Source: Elusimicrobia bacterium UBA4817 (GTDB lineage: Bacteria > Elusimicrobiota > UBA8919). Taken from it: 63,092 nt of DNA. The notes below the pieces were generated by a model, which saw only the letters and a list, made by a program, of their open reading frames with translations, was not told the DNA's origin and ran no database searches. The stretch's first letter is position 1, and each line of letters opens with the position of its first letter. Below are positions 18,229 to 26,153 of the stretch, one piece after another. The stretch is taken from assembly GCA_002402375.1 (NCBI GenBank), contig DHFT01000047.1, positions 1 through 63,092 of the forward strand, in the 5' to 3' direction. Made by a program: the position numbers and the translations under genes.

Positions 18229-18997
18229 AAATGTGTATCCCGTACAAAACCACTATTCCTATAAAGAGTGAGATGAATATCAAAATTATTGCGTTATAGA
18301 TATCGCATGAAGCAAAGGAAAGAAAAATTGCTATCGGCATCGTTTCCGTTTTCATAGTTGTTGCACCCGCCAGTGTAACGGCGGCGCCGAATTCCCCGAC
18401 CGCTCTTGCCCAGATAAGAAGGAATGCGGACAGAATACCTTTTTTAGCGGTTGGTAAAAGTATGCGGAAAAATGTCTGCGGCTGTGTTGCGCCCAGCGTT
18501 CTTGCGACAAGTTCATATTCGGGATTTATGTAATCAAACACCGATTTTATAAGAGAAATAGCCAGCCCGATGATTACGATAAACTGCGCTAAAATTATCG
18601 CGGGGACCTCAAAGACGACTCTGAAAACATTGGACTCAAAAAATTTTCCGGCTGGCGTATTAAAAAAAATAAGAAGCATAGCGCCGAGAGCAATGGGCGA
18701 AATGACAATCGGGAGATACAAAATTGAATTGACGATATTTTTCAGGGGGAAATTATGCCTTGATAAAATATAAGCGATAGGAACTGCGAATATTAAGGCG
18801 CTCAGCGACGAAACGGTTGCGGTTAGAAGTGTGAGTTTTATCGCAAAAAATATTTCCCCAAACGCAAATTGTTTTTGGACGGACGTAATTTTTAATTGAT
18901 TAAATAATCCGAAGATTAGAGTTAAAAAAAATAGAACAAGGGATATGAGAAAAGCCCAGAGGAAAATCTTGAAAATTTTATTTTTCATTTTTTGCAA
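18200..18997 (-). CDS. modB: Molybdate/tungstate ABC transporter permease
   Basis: Polytopic membrane protein with the EAA-type loop ARTLGATQPQTFFRILLPTAKKG. Confidence 0.8.
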   Translation of the reverse strand: MQKMKNKIFKIFLWAFLISLVLFFLTLIFGLFNQLKITSVQKQFAFGEIFFAIKLTLLTATVSSLSALIFAVPIAYILSRHNFPLKNIVNSILYLPIVISPIALGAMLLIFFNTPAGKFFESNVFRVVFEVPAIILAQFIVIIGLAISLIKSVFDYINPEYELVARTLGATQPQTFFRILLPTAKKGILSAFLLIWARAVGEFGAAVTLAGATTMKTETMPIAIFLSFASCDIYNAIILIFISLFIGIVVLYGIHIYAENRKPQL

Positions 18998-19006
18998 CGC
19001 AGATTA

Positions 19007-19147
19007 CACAGATAACAGTATTGCTGTCATTCTGAGGACGAAGTCCGAAGAATCTCGAAACAAATCAGATGTTTCGCTAACGCTCAGCATGACATCTTGC
19101 ATTATCTGTGTTCATCGGAGCCTGCCCCCGAGTGATTTTATCGGGGG
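19007..19147. repeat. Compound palindromic repeats filling the modA-modB gap
   Basis: Nested stems: CACAGATAA(19007)/TTATCTGTG(19102) and GTCATTCTGAG(19026)/CTCAGCATGAC(19083). A second hairpin follows: CCCCCGAgtgattttaTCGGGGG (19125..19147). Confidence 0.65.
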
Positions 19148-19158
19148 TCTATCTGCGG

Positions 19159-20001
19159 TTACGGTTTTCTTATAAACTCAAAATATTTTCCCGGGAGTTT
19201 ATATTCGCCGCCGATTTTTGCTTCGGGAGCATATTTTTTCGCTTTATTCACATCGGAAATATAGCCCCATTTCTTAAAAATTTTTTTGCCTTTTTCCGGC
19301 GACAAAATATAATCAATAAATTTTTCCGCAAGTTTCCTGTTTTTTACAAAAACAGGTATTGCGAGTGGAATGGTTGAAATTCTCGGAATTTGTTTTTTGT
19401 CAATTTTTATCCATTTGACATCTTTTGGATTCCAACTTTCAAAAACATCCCAGCCGAGTATGGCATCAACTTTTTTTAGGACACAGATAGTCGCGGTATC
19501 CTCGCAACTTTTGGCAAAAACGGCAACATTAGGCAAAACCTTTTCAAGTAAATTGTTGTAATCCAAAAGTTCCACACCGTATAATCCTAAACACACCGTC
19601 TCGGGATTTCCCATTCCTACCCTTACGCCTTTTTTTGACAAATCTTCCAGTTTTTGGATATTTTTCGGATTTTCCTTCGGGACAATTATTGCAGGAACAA
19701 GGTAGGAAACAATTTTATCCGTTCCTTTAATAAGAAGTCCTCGCCTAACTCCGATATCAATATAATCCGGCGACCCGCAGAGGTACACATCACCCCGGTT
19801 AGACAACTCCATCTGTGAAAGAAGCGTTCCCGAGCCGCTGTATGTAACATTAACTTTTACCCCCGTTTCTTTCTCATAATTCTTAATGATTTCCCGCATC
19901 GGTACTGCAACAGCTGCCCCGCAGAAGAAAAATAACTCTTCCGTCGCCCAAATAAAATTAGCCCAAACCAACAAAATGCCGATAATAAATACTTTTCTCA
20001 T
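19159..20001 (-). CDS. modA: Molybdate/tungstate ABC transporter periplasmic substrate-binding protein
   Basis: Signal peptide. ModA/WtpA-like pattern (YSGSGTLLSQ, GNPETVCLGLYG, DAILGWDV, AEKFIDYILSPEGKKIF). Confidence 0.75.
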   Translation of the reverse strand: MRKVFIIGILLVWANFIWATEELFFFCGAAVAVPMREIIKNYEKETGVKVNVTYSGSGTLLSQMELSNRGDVYLCGSPDYIDIGVRRGLLIKGTDKIVSYLVPAIIVPKENPKNIQKLEDLSKKGVRVGMGNPETVCLGLYGVELLDYNNLLEKVLPNVAVFAKSCEDTATICVLKKVDAILGWDVFESWNPKDVKWIKIDKKQIPRISTIPLAIPVFVKNRKLAEKFIDYILSPEKGKKIFKKWGYISDVNKAKKYAPEAKIGGEYKLPGKYFEFIRKP

Positions 20002-20009
20002 CGCGTATC

Positions 20010-20963
20010 TTAAAATTTAACCTGCAACTCGGACATTATTAAATCGTTCTTTATGCTCGGTGTCTCCATTTTTCGTTCGTAATTATTTCTAAATAGAACA
20101 TTTTTATCAAGGAAGTAATTCAATCCTAAAGTCCATCTGCGGTTTTTCTCGCCGCCGGTTTTCAAACTGGAATCCCACACATCATATCTTGCAAGCGCCA
20201 TAACGGAAGGTTTAACCGTGTATCCGACGGTCGCATAATAACCTTCTTTTTTTATGGTATCATCTTTTCCGAAAATATACTCGGCTTTACAGAGTAATTT
20301 ATCAAATTCATACTTTGCCTCTAAACCCGTTCTGTCTTTGGCGACTGCCTCGGCCCCGGTTTTTCCGTCATATACGGAACCGCCGATATGGAAATCTTTA
20401 AGCGGAGTAAAAATTGCACGAACTACAATTGATTTATAATCATTTTCGTCTGCTTGATTACTGCCGCTGCCATTTATCACAGCAACGGAATAGTCTGCTT
20501 TTACGGATTTTATGAGAAAATTTTTTGATACCTCCGCGCCGATATCCCTCGTCGGGTTTATCAGATTATTGGCGACTGCCGATTTAGTTATTAATTCCAG
20601 TTCCTGATCGGGTGTTACATTCTCAAGCGAAAATTTATACTTAAACTGTCCCACTCTGGCTGAAAAATACGGAATCGATTTTATGTCAATATAGGCGTCA
20701 CAAACGGCCTTATTATTGATGGTGTCCGCATTTGTACCCTCAAACGAAAAAGAAAAAGCCACATCTTTTGATATATCGCCTTTCAACCCGAGGCGCGCCT
20801 GCGCGATCGTAAAACCGTCTTTTGCGCCAGCCGTTGTGTCAACGGTATATCTTGCCCTTGCGAATCCTGTCGGTTTTATCGTCGTTAAATTATTCTCCGA
20901 AGAAAAAAGGTGCGCCGTCCGCAATCCCAAACCGACAACAAAAACCAAAAACCACTTTTTCAT
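20010..20963 (-). CDS. Outer-membrane beta-barrel porin (OprO/P-like anion porin candidate)
   Basis: N-terminal signal peptide, alternating amphipathic beta-strand pattern, and a C-terminal ...LQVKF (terminal Phe). Co-oriented 9 nt upstream of modA. Confidence 0.6.
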   Translation of the reverse strand: MKKWFLVFVVGLGLRTAHLFSSENNLTTIKPTGFARARYTVDTTAGAKDGFTIAQARLGLKGDISKDVAFSFSFEGTNADTINNKAVCDAYIDIKSIPYFSARVGQFKYKFSLENVTPDQELELITKSAVANNLINPTRDIGAEVSKNFLIKSVKADYSVAVINGSGSNQADENDYKSIVVRAIFTPLKDFHIGGSVYDGKTGAEAVAKDRTGLEAKYEFDKLLCKAEYIFGKDDTIKKEGYYATVGYTVKPSVMALARYDVWDSSLKTGGEKNRRWTLGLNYFLDKNVLFRNNYERKMETPSIKNDLIMSELQVKF

Positions 20964-20975
20964 TTTCGCCTCCTT

Positions 20976-21608
20976 TCAAGCATTTAGATATTCTATTTCT
21001 TTTGTAAATTTTTTTATTATATGCGGTATGCCCAATTCTTTTCTCGTTTTTATAAAAATTCCGATATATTTTCGCGAAAATGCAATGGGGTGTGCCGGTG
21101 CTCCGTTTTTCCTCATTATTAAAATATTCTTTTTTGATTTTTTAATTTTATCACAGACCGATTTGTAAATTTGTTCGCTTTGCGGCTGGGAGAGAAAGGT
21201 TATGATAAAATATTCGTCCGTCGCATCCAGTGCGGACACCCCGCATTTTACGGATGTTATAATCGGCAGATTCCGCTTTTCGTTTTTTACCGTTCTTAAA
21301 TCTTCAACCTTAAACTTATCAATATACTTGCGGGTATCGTTGCTGTAAATAAAAATAATTTTTGAAAAATTATTTGCCGCGCGGTTTATGTAATTTATCG
21401 CTCTCAAAGCAATTTGCCCGGCGCATTTTTTTGCTCCCAAAACCATCAGTGCCGGCAACCGCTTTTGTTTTTTACCGGTACCGATATAGGATAAAACAGC
21501 CACCGGTTCATAATCTTTACTGATTATTATTTCTTTTTTTTGCTTTAATCGGGCAATTTCTTTTAAAAGGTTTTTCCTTAATCGGGTTATGTTTATTACT
21601 TCCGCCAT
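20976..21608 (-). CDS. Degenerate MocA/MobA-like domain protein with an N-terminal Phd/YefM-like segment
   Basis: The C-terminal two thirds align by eye with MocA at 6168..6797 (IIFIYS / IIIVLG; GAPAHPIAFSRKY / KGHPALFPKEI; IPHIIKKF / ARDIIKKY). The GxGxRxG NTP loop is missing. The first ~45 aa resemble Phd/YefM antitoxins. Confidence 0.35.
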   Translation of the reverse strand: MAEVINITRLRKNLLKEIARLKQKKEIIISKDYEPVAVLSYIGTGKKQKRLPALMVLGAKKCAGQIALRAINYINRAANNFSKIIFIYSNDTRKYIDKFKVEDLRTVKNEKRNLPIITSVKCGVSALDATDEYFIITFLSQPQSEQIYKSVCDKIKKSKKNILIMRKNGAPAHPIAFSRKYIGIFIKTRKELGIPHIIKKFTKEIEYLNA

Positions 21609-21645
21609 ACAGGTCTATCCAGCCCTTATTTACATTTTTACGCTC

Positions 21646-21674
21646 ATTATAATGCAATTGTGAAAATTTGTCAA
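21646..21674 (-). promoter_or_regulatory. Consensus sigma70 promoter (TTGACA-N17-TATAAT) for the Mo-uptake/XDH minus-strand operon
   Basis: The reverse complement of 21646..21674 reads TTGACAaattttcacaattgcatTATAAT, ~35 nt upstream of the start at 21608. Confidence 0.6.
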
Positions 21675-21686
21675 GCAAAAAAGTGC

Positions 21687-21714
21687 TTGACGAATTATTT
21701 TTTTTTGATATAAT
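21687..21714 (+). promoter_or_regulatory. Sigma70 promoter (TTGACG-N16-TATAAT) for the DUF2723/TPR gene, with a palindrome over the -35
   Basis: Hexamers at 21687..21692 and 21709..21714. TCAAGCAaaaaagTGCTTGA (21671..21690) overlaps both divergent -35 boxes. Confidence 0.55.
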
Positions 21715-21764
21715 AAAAACAACGTATCTTACCGTTAGACCGTTAGAAATTTTGGGAAATATAA

Positions 21765-23810
21765 ATGGGATTTATTTTTGTCTTTCCGTTTTTTCTTTTT
21801 TATCTTTTTACTCTTCATCCTGTCGTTTCGGTCGGCGACAGCGGGGAACTTATTACTGCCGCATATACGCTCGGTATTGCTCATCCGCCGGGTTATCCGC
21901 TTTGGACAATTCTCGGCAAAATTTTTACCGTAATAATTCCGTTCGGAAACATCGCCTATCGCGTCAATTTGATGAGCGCATTCTTCGGCGCTTTGACCTG
22001 CGGAGTTGTGTATCTGATACTACAAAAAATGGGAGACGGGAGACGGGAGACGGGAGACGGAAAACCTTTTACCTTTTACCTTTTACCTTTTACCGCTGTT
22101 CTTTGTCTGGTTTTCTCAAAAACATTCTGGTCGCAGGCGATAATTTCCGAGGTCTACACGCTTAACGCATTTTTTGTTGTTTTGATTATCTACTTACTAC
22201 TTACTACTTACCACTTACCGCTTACCGCTTTTATCTACGGACTTTCACTTGCCAATCATTACATTATGTTTCTTTTCGGTCCGGTTTTTGCGTTTTATGT
22301 AATTTGGAAAAAACCCGAGATATTCAGTATTAAAAACATTTTGTCGCTTTCGGCATTTTTTATTCCCGGACTTTTTTTATATTTTTATCTACCGATTCGC
22401 TCGTCGGTAAATCCGCCGATTGACTGGGGCAATCCCGAAAATCTTAAAAATTTTATCGCTCATATCGGAAGATTTCAATACAAAGGACTTGAAATGGCGG
22501 CAAAGGTCGGATTTGCGACTAAACTTCTGTTTGTAAGAGATTTTTTCAGTCAGTTGGTAGAAAATTTCGGATTATTTACAGTTCTTTCCGTTTTCGGACT
22601 TGTGAGTTTAATTAAAAAAGATTTTAAATTTGCTATGCTTACTATTTTAATTTTTTTGGCGAATACGTTTGGGTTGATAATTCTGCTCAATTTCAAATTC
22701 ACGCCGCAGGATATTGACGCTTTTACTCCGTATTATATTCCCGCATGGATTATGGTTGTGCTCTGGGCGGGTTATAAAATAATAGAATGGCGGAATGTAA
22801 GGTTTTTTCTGCCGATAGTTTTTGTGGTGCTGGCTTTTTATGTGTATCAAAACAGCAAAAGCGGCCTGCCGAGATATAATTTTGTTGCTTACGATTATCC
22901 GGTTAATATGTTAAAAACCGTCGAGAAAAATAACACTCTGTATTTGCATGAAGAGGTTGATGAAACCATTTTTACGCTTTCTTATCTGAAAAATGTTCTT
23001 AAAAAGAGGCAGGACATTACAATAGTTGACTCATATAACAATATATTTTTATCAAAAAATATTGACGGTAAATCAAGAGTTTATTACTCTGCAGTTAATA
23101 CGGCGAAAATAAACAAGCCGCTTTATTTGAACGGGCTGTTATGGACAGAACAAAAAGGAACGAACAAAAATATCTTGGATTTTTATGTAGTTCGCGAGTT
23201 GCCAAAAAAATACGAATACAGGGAGCAGGAAGTTATTGCCCGATATTCTTATTTTTACGGAAAATTTTTAATTGATTCGGGGAACATAAAAGACGGAATT
23301 TTTGAATTAAAGAAATCGCTAAAAGCCGGGCCCGAACTTATCTGGCTTTACAATAATGTTGGCGATATTTTAAGGCAACAAAAGGATTACGAAAGTGCGT
23401 TGCATTCTTTAAGTCATGCAATTTCGCTTGATTCTTCATATTCGGCTGCTTATTACAATCTCGGGCTTTTATATTCAGAGAAAAAAAATGATGAGCAGGC
23501 AATTGAATATTTTCAGAAAGCATACCGGTATGATAAAACGGATGAGGATTCGCTTAAACGGATTTCCAAAATTTATCAGAAAAAGGGCTATGAAAATTTT
23601 GTCGGCGGTAAAACGGAAGATGCAATCGCTGAATATAAGAAAGCGATTGAGTATACACCGTCGTCCGCCGATATCTATTATAACATAGGCGTGATTTATT
23701 CGCAATTGCAAAACAAAAAAGAAGCGAAAAATTATTTCCAAAAATACATTCAATTAAAACCGGGAGGCACAAATGCGGAAACAATTAAAAAGTGGCTGGC
23801 AAACAATTAG
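21765..23810 (+). CDS. DUF2723-type polytopic membrane protein (glycosyltransferase-C-like) with C-terminal TPR repeats
   Basis: N-terminus ...VGDSGELITAAYTLGIAHPPGYPLWTILGKIF is typical of DUF2723. Multiple TM helices and C-terminal TPR units (AYYNLGLLY, IYYNIGVIY). Confidence 0.7.
   Translation: MGFIFVFPFFLFYLFTLHPVVSVGDSGELITAAYTLGIAHPPGYPLWTILGKIFTVIIPFGNIAYRVNLMSAFFGALTCGVVYLILQKMGDGRRETGDGKPFTFYLLPFTAVLCLVFSKTFWSQAIISEVYTLNAFFVVLIIYLLLTTYHLPLTAFIYGLSLANHYIMFLFGPVFAFYVIWKKPEIFSIKNILSLSAFFIPGLFLYFYLPIRSSVNPPIDWGNPENLKNFIAHIGRFQYKGLEMAAKVGFATKLLFVRDFFSQLVENFGLFTVLSVFGLVSLIKKDFKFAMLTILIFLANTFGLIILLNFKFTPQDIDAFTPYYIPAWIMVVLWAGYKIIEWRNVRFFLPIVFVVLAFYVYQNSKSGLPRYNFVAYDYPVNMLKTVEKNNTLYLHEEVDETIFTLSYLKNVLKKRQDITIVDSYNNIFLSKNIDGKSRVYYSAVNTAKINKPLYLNGLLWTEQKGTNKNILDFYVVRELPKKYEYREQEVIARYSYFYGKFLIDSGNIKDGIFELKKSLKAGPELIWLYNNVGDILRQQKDYESALHSLSHAISLDSSYSAAYYNLGLLYSEKKNDEQAIEYFQKAYRYDKTDEDSLKRISKIYQKKGYENFVGGKTEDAIAEYKKAIEYTPSSADIYYNIGVIYSQLQNKKEAKNYFQKYIQLKPGGTNAETIKKWLANN
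22032..22094 (+). repeat. Tandem heptamers (GGGAGAC)x4-GGAAAAC-(CTTTTAC)x4 inside the DUF2723 CDS
   Basis: Read directly. 63 nt (9 heptamers) keeps the frame and encodes GDGRRETGDGKPFTFYLLPFT. Confidence 0.9.
22191..22229 (+). repeat. Tandem heptamers (YRCTTAC)x5 inside the DUF2723 CDS
   Basis: CTACTTACTACTTACTACTTACCACTTACCGCTTACCGC encodes LLLTTYHLPLT. Confidence 0.9.
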
Positions 23811-24927
23811 ATGGAAGCGGGAAGTAGGAAGCGGGAAGTTGTTAAAATCTGTACTACTTACTACTTACTACTTACTACTTACTACTTACGGTCTTTACTG
23901 TCAAACGACGATTTCTTATCCCGTATATTTATGTGAATCCGGCAATCCCGACGACTACCGGCTTTTTGCCAATGGCGGCGGTTGGGACGGCTTCTGGTAT
24001 GTCGGATATAACAGGGTTTGGATAGAAAAAATATTCATACCGGAACATTTTTCAGATTACAAAAAAATTTTTATCGGAGCCAAACTCGGACGGATGAAAT
24101 CAAGACAACTTTATGAAAATGGAAAAGCCGTCCTTGACAAAGAAGCAATTCCGGGTGATATTTTTATGGCCGTGTCATCAACACCTTCGTGGAAAAAAAC
24201 AAACTGGAAATTTTTGACGACTACCAACGATATTCCTTTTGAAGGTGATAATGAACTTGCCATTGAGCAGGTCGGCGAATCCCGATGGTTTTGGGCTGAA
24301 GTTCGGTCGGACGAAATAAATTTCGGCGGTGAAAATTATATTGCACTCTGGTCAACATCCGCCTATCTAACAGATTCTTCAAATAGTCCAATAATTGCTG
24401 CTGCATGGGGTAATAAGAACGCAAATAGTTTTATCAATGATGAAATAAAAGGCGTCCCGCCGCAACATTACAGTACCACAACACTTAAATCGCCGATAAC
24501 CGTTTTTGAACCGGCCATCGCAATAAAATTCGTTCCGGAATTATCCCAGAATATAACGGTCGGGTTAATGGGCATAACGGATGGTGAAAATCTCACCGAA
24601 AAAAAAGTAATTTATGCTTCCGTGATTGCCAACGAAATCCAAAAGGTCTGGCTTGAAATTTCCCAAGACAATAAAATTTGGAAAAAACACAGTTTAATTT
24701 TTTATACTTCGCCGTATATATTTTCGCTAAATCCTAAAAAATTATCGGTGGATATTGGATATGAAAATAAAAACCGCGCCGCTTTCCCGCTTTTTATTCG
24801 GGTTTGTGCAACCGACATCTGGGAAAATACGGGACGAAGCCCGTCTCTTAAACTTTTTATAGTTGACCCATCCCTTCCTGAAAAGTCCTTAAGGAAGAGC
24901 GGGGTTGACAAAAAGCGAAAAAAATGA
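23773..24927 (+). CDS. Hypothetical exported protein (start uncertain)
   Basis: Long ORF whose hydrophobic N-terminal segment (LLKSVLLTTYYLLLTTYGLY) is encoded by a heptamer array. No recognisable domain. Confidence 0.5.
   Translation: MRKQLKSGWQTIRWKREVGSGKLLKSVLLTTYYLLLTTYGLYCQTTISYPVYLCESGNPDDYRLFANGGGWDGFWYVGYNRVWIEKIFIPEHFSDYKKIFIGAKLGRMKSRQLYENGKAVLDKEAIPGDIFMAVSSTPSWKKTNWKFLTTTNDIPFEGDNELAIEQVGESRWFWAEVRSDEINFGGENYIALWSTSAYLTDSSNSPIIAAAWGNKNANSFINDEIKGVPPQHYSTTTLKSPITVFEPAIAIKFVPELSQNITVGLMGITDGENLTEKKVIYASVIANEIQKVWLEISQDNKIWKKHSLIFYTSPYIFSLNPKKLSVDIGYENKNRAAFPLFIRVCATDIWENTGRSPSLKLFIVDPSLPEKSLRKSGVDKKRKK
23813..23890 (+). repeat. Tandem heptamers (GGAAGYR)x4 then (TACTTAC)x5 at the 5' end of the exported-protein ORF
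   Basis: GGAAGCGGGAAGTAGGAAGCGGGAAGT ... TACTACTTACTACTTACTACTTACTACTTACTACTTAC read directly. Confidence 0.9.
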
Positions 24928-25328
24928 TAGTATTAAACAATATGGGAAAAAAAGCATTTATTGTTGACGATGACCCGAATATAGTTGAACTTTTTAGACA
25001 TATTCTTGAAAAAGAAAATCTTGAGGTTTTTACCGCATTAGACGGCGAAGAAGCACTTAAAAAAATTCCGGAAGCGAAACCGGATATTATTGTACTTGAT
25101 CTTATGCTTCCGAGACGGGGTGGGTTTCAGGTGTTAAAATCGCTTCAGCAAAATGAAAACACAAAAAATATTCCCATATTGATTATCACCGGTAAATTTG
25201 CCGACGGAACGACTTATGATTTTGTAAAGTCACAACCGAATGTGAGAGGTTTTTATTCCAAGCCAATAGACCCTGCTGTTTTTGCGGTGGATGTAAAAAA
25301 AATTTTAGGGGGATACGATGTTCAATAA
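24924..25328 (+). CDS. Stand-alone CheY-like response regulator receiver domain
   Basis: IVDDDPN acidic pocket, IIVLDLMLP phospho-acceptor Asp context, conserved ILIITGK. Confidence 0.8.
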   Translation: MIVLNNMGKKAFIVDDDPNIVELFRHILEKENLEVFTALDGEEALKKIPEAKPDIIVLDLMLPRRGGFQVLKSLQQNENTKNIPILIITGKFADGTTYDFVKSQPNVRGFYSKPIDPAVFAVDVKKILGGYDVQ

Positions 25329-25623
25329 AAAATGGTTCCGCGTTGCTATTGCCGTAATTTTAACTGTTATAGCAATGTACATTATGATTTATCTTGATGT
25401 CTGGTTCCGTGCGAAACATTCTTACAATGAGGCAGAAAAGGCAGCGGCAAACAACGACTGGAAAATGGCATATACATGGTATCAGACGGCGGTTGAGCAA
25501 TTTTCTCCGCCTAATTCAAAATGGGTAAAAATGTCCAAAGAAAAAATGCCTATTGCGCTTGAAAAATGGAAAGAGGATTTGAGAAAGAAAAAAATTCCAT
25601 TTGAGGATTACATGCTGGAATGA
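25318..25623 (+). CDS. Small hypothetical membrane-anchored protein
   Basis: One N-terminal TM helix; overlapping start/stop with its neighbours. No recognisable domain. Confidence 0.4.
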   Translation: MFNKKWFRVAIAVILTVIAMYIMIYLDVWFRAKHSYNEAEKAAANNDWKMAYTWYQTAVEQFSPPNSKWVKMSKEKMPIALEKWKEDLRKKKIPFEDYMLE

Positions 25624-25639
25624 AGGAGGGGGTGATAAA

Positions 25640-25993
25640 ATGTTCAGAATAATGGCAAAGTCAAAAATACAGTTGGCAAAAGTTACGGGCAAAAATCTGA
25701 ATTATCTCGGTTCCATAAAAATTGACAGAAAACTTATGGACCTTGCCGATATTTATCCTTATGAAATCGTGCTGGTCGTTAACAAAACCACCGGCGCCAG
25801 ATTTGAAACATATGTGCTTGTAGGCAAAAAGAACTCAGGATGCATTGAATTAAACGGCGGCGCTGCGCGGCTGGGTGAAGTCGGCGACGAGCTTATAATT
25901 ATTTCTAATGAGTTTGTAGAGGAAGAAAGAGCAAAAAAATACAAGCCGAAGATTGTTTTTCTTGACGAAAAAAACAGACCCGTAAAAAAATAA
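25640..25993 (+). CDS. panD: Aspartate 1-decarboxylase (pyruvoyl-dependent)
   Basis: MFRIMAKSKIQLAKVTGKNLNYLGSIKID with the Gly-Ser self-cleavage site. GGAGGGGG RBS before the ATG at 25640. Confidence 0.85.
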   Translation: MFRIMAKSKIQLAKVTGKNLNYLGSIKIDRKLMDLADIYPYEIVLVVNKTTGARFETYVLVGKKNSGCIELNGGAARLGEVGDELIIISNEFVEEERAKKYKPKIVFLDEKNRPVKK

Positions 25994-25996
25994 ATA

Positions 25997-26145
25997 TCGC
26001 TCACAAGCAAATTTGTCGGAAAAGTCCCTAAAGGGATTCCCTTTGGTCACTCATCCGACCACCCTGTCGGATTTCGTTCTAATCGTTGCTCTTGAAAGCG
26101 AAGTCGCTCCTCAAGGTTCCTTACAAATTTCTTGCTTCGCTCTGG
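25997..26145 (+). repeat. R120-family repeat, longer variant (copy 3)
   Basis: Shares both arms (TCGCTCACAAGCAAATTTG ... CAAATTTCTTGCTTCGCTC) with the other copies. This explains the spurious N-terminal extension of ORF 26013. Confidence 0.7.
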
Positions 26146-26153
26146 AAAAAAGA

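Noticed and set aside
21609-21645. A Moco riboswitch upstream of the Mo-uptake/XDH operon.
   Set aside because: The consensus promoter leaves a leader of only ~30 nt, far too short for the ~130-nt Moco RNA motif. I saw no such motif in the modA-modB gap either.
21668-22165. 165-aa plus-strand ORF overlapping the 5' part of the DUF2723 gene in another frame.
   Set aside because: It begins upstream of the mapped promoter -10 box. It is an alternative reading of the heptamer arrays, whereas the 21765 frame carries the conserved DUF2723 N-terminal motif.
22032-23890. The possibility that the short tandem repeats are a CRISPR array.
   Set aside because: The units are contiguous 7-mers with no unique spacers of ~30 nt. 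The dispersed 120-bp and palindromic repeats are kilobases apart. No cas genes are present.
26013-26153. N-terminal 47-aa extension of the dihydropyrimidinase ORF.
   Set aside because: This stretch is the R120-family repeat. The conserved amidohydrolase N-terminus (MKKINLLIKNGTLV) starts at the ATG at 26154.
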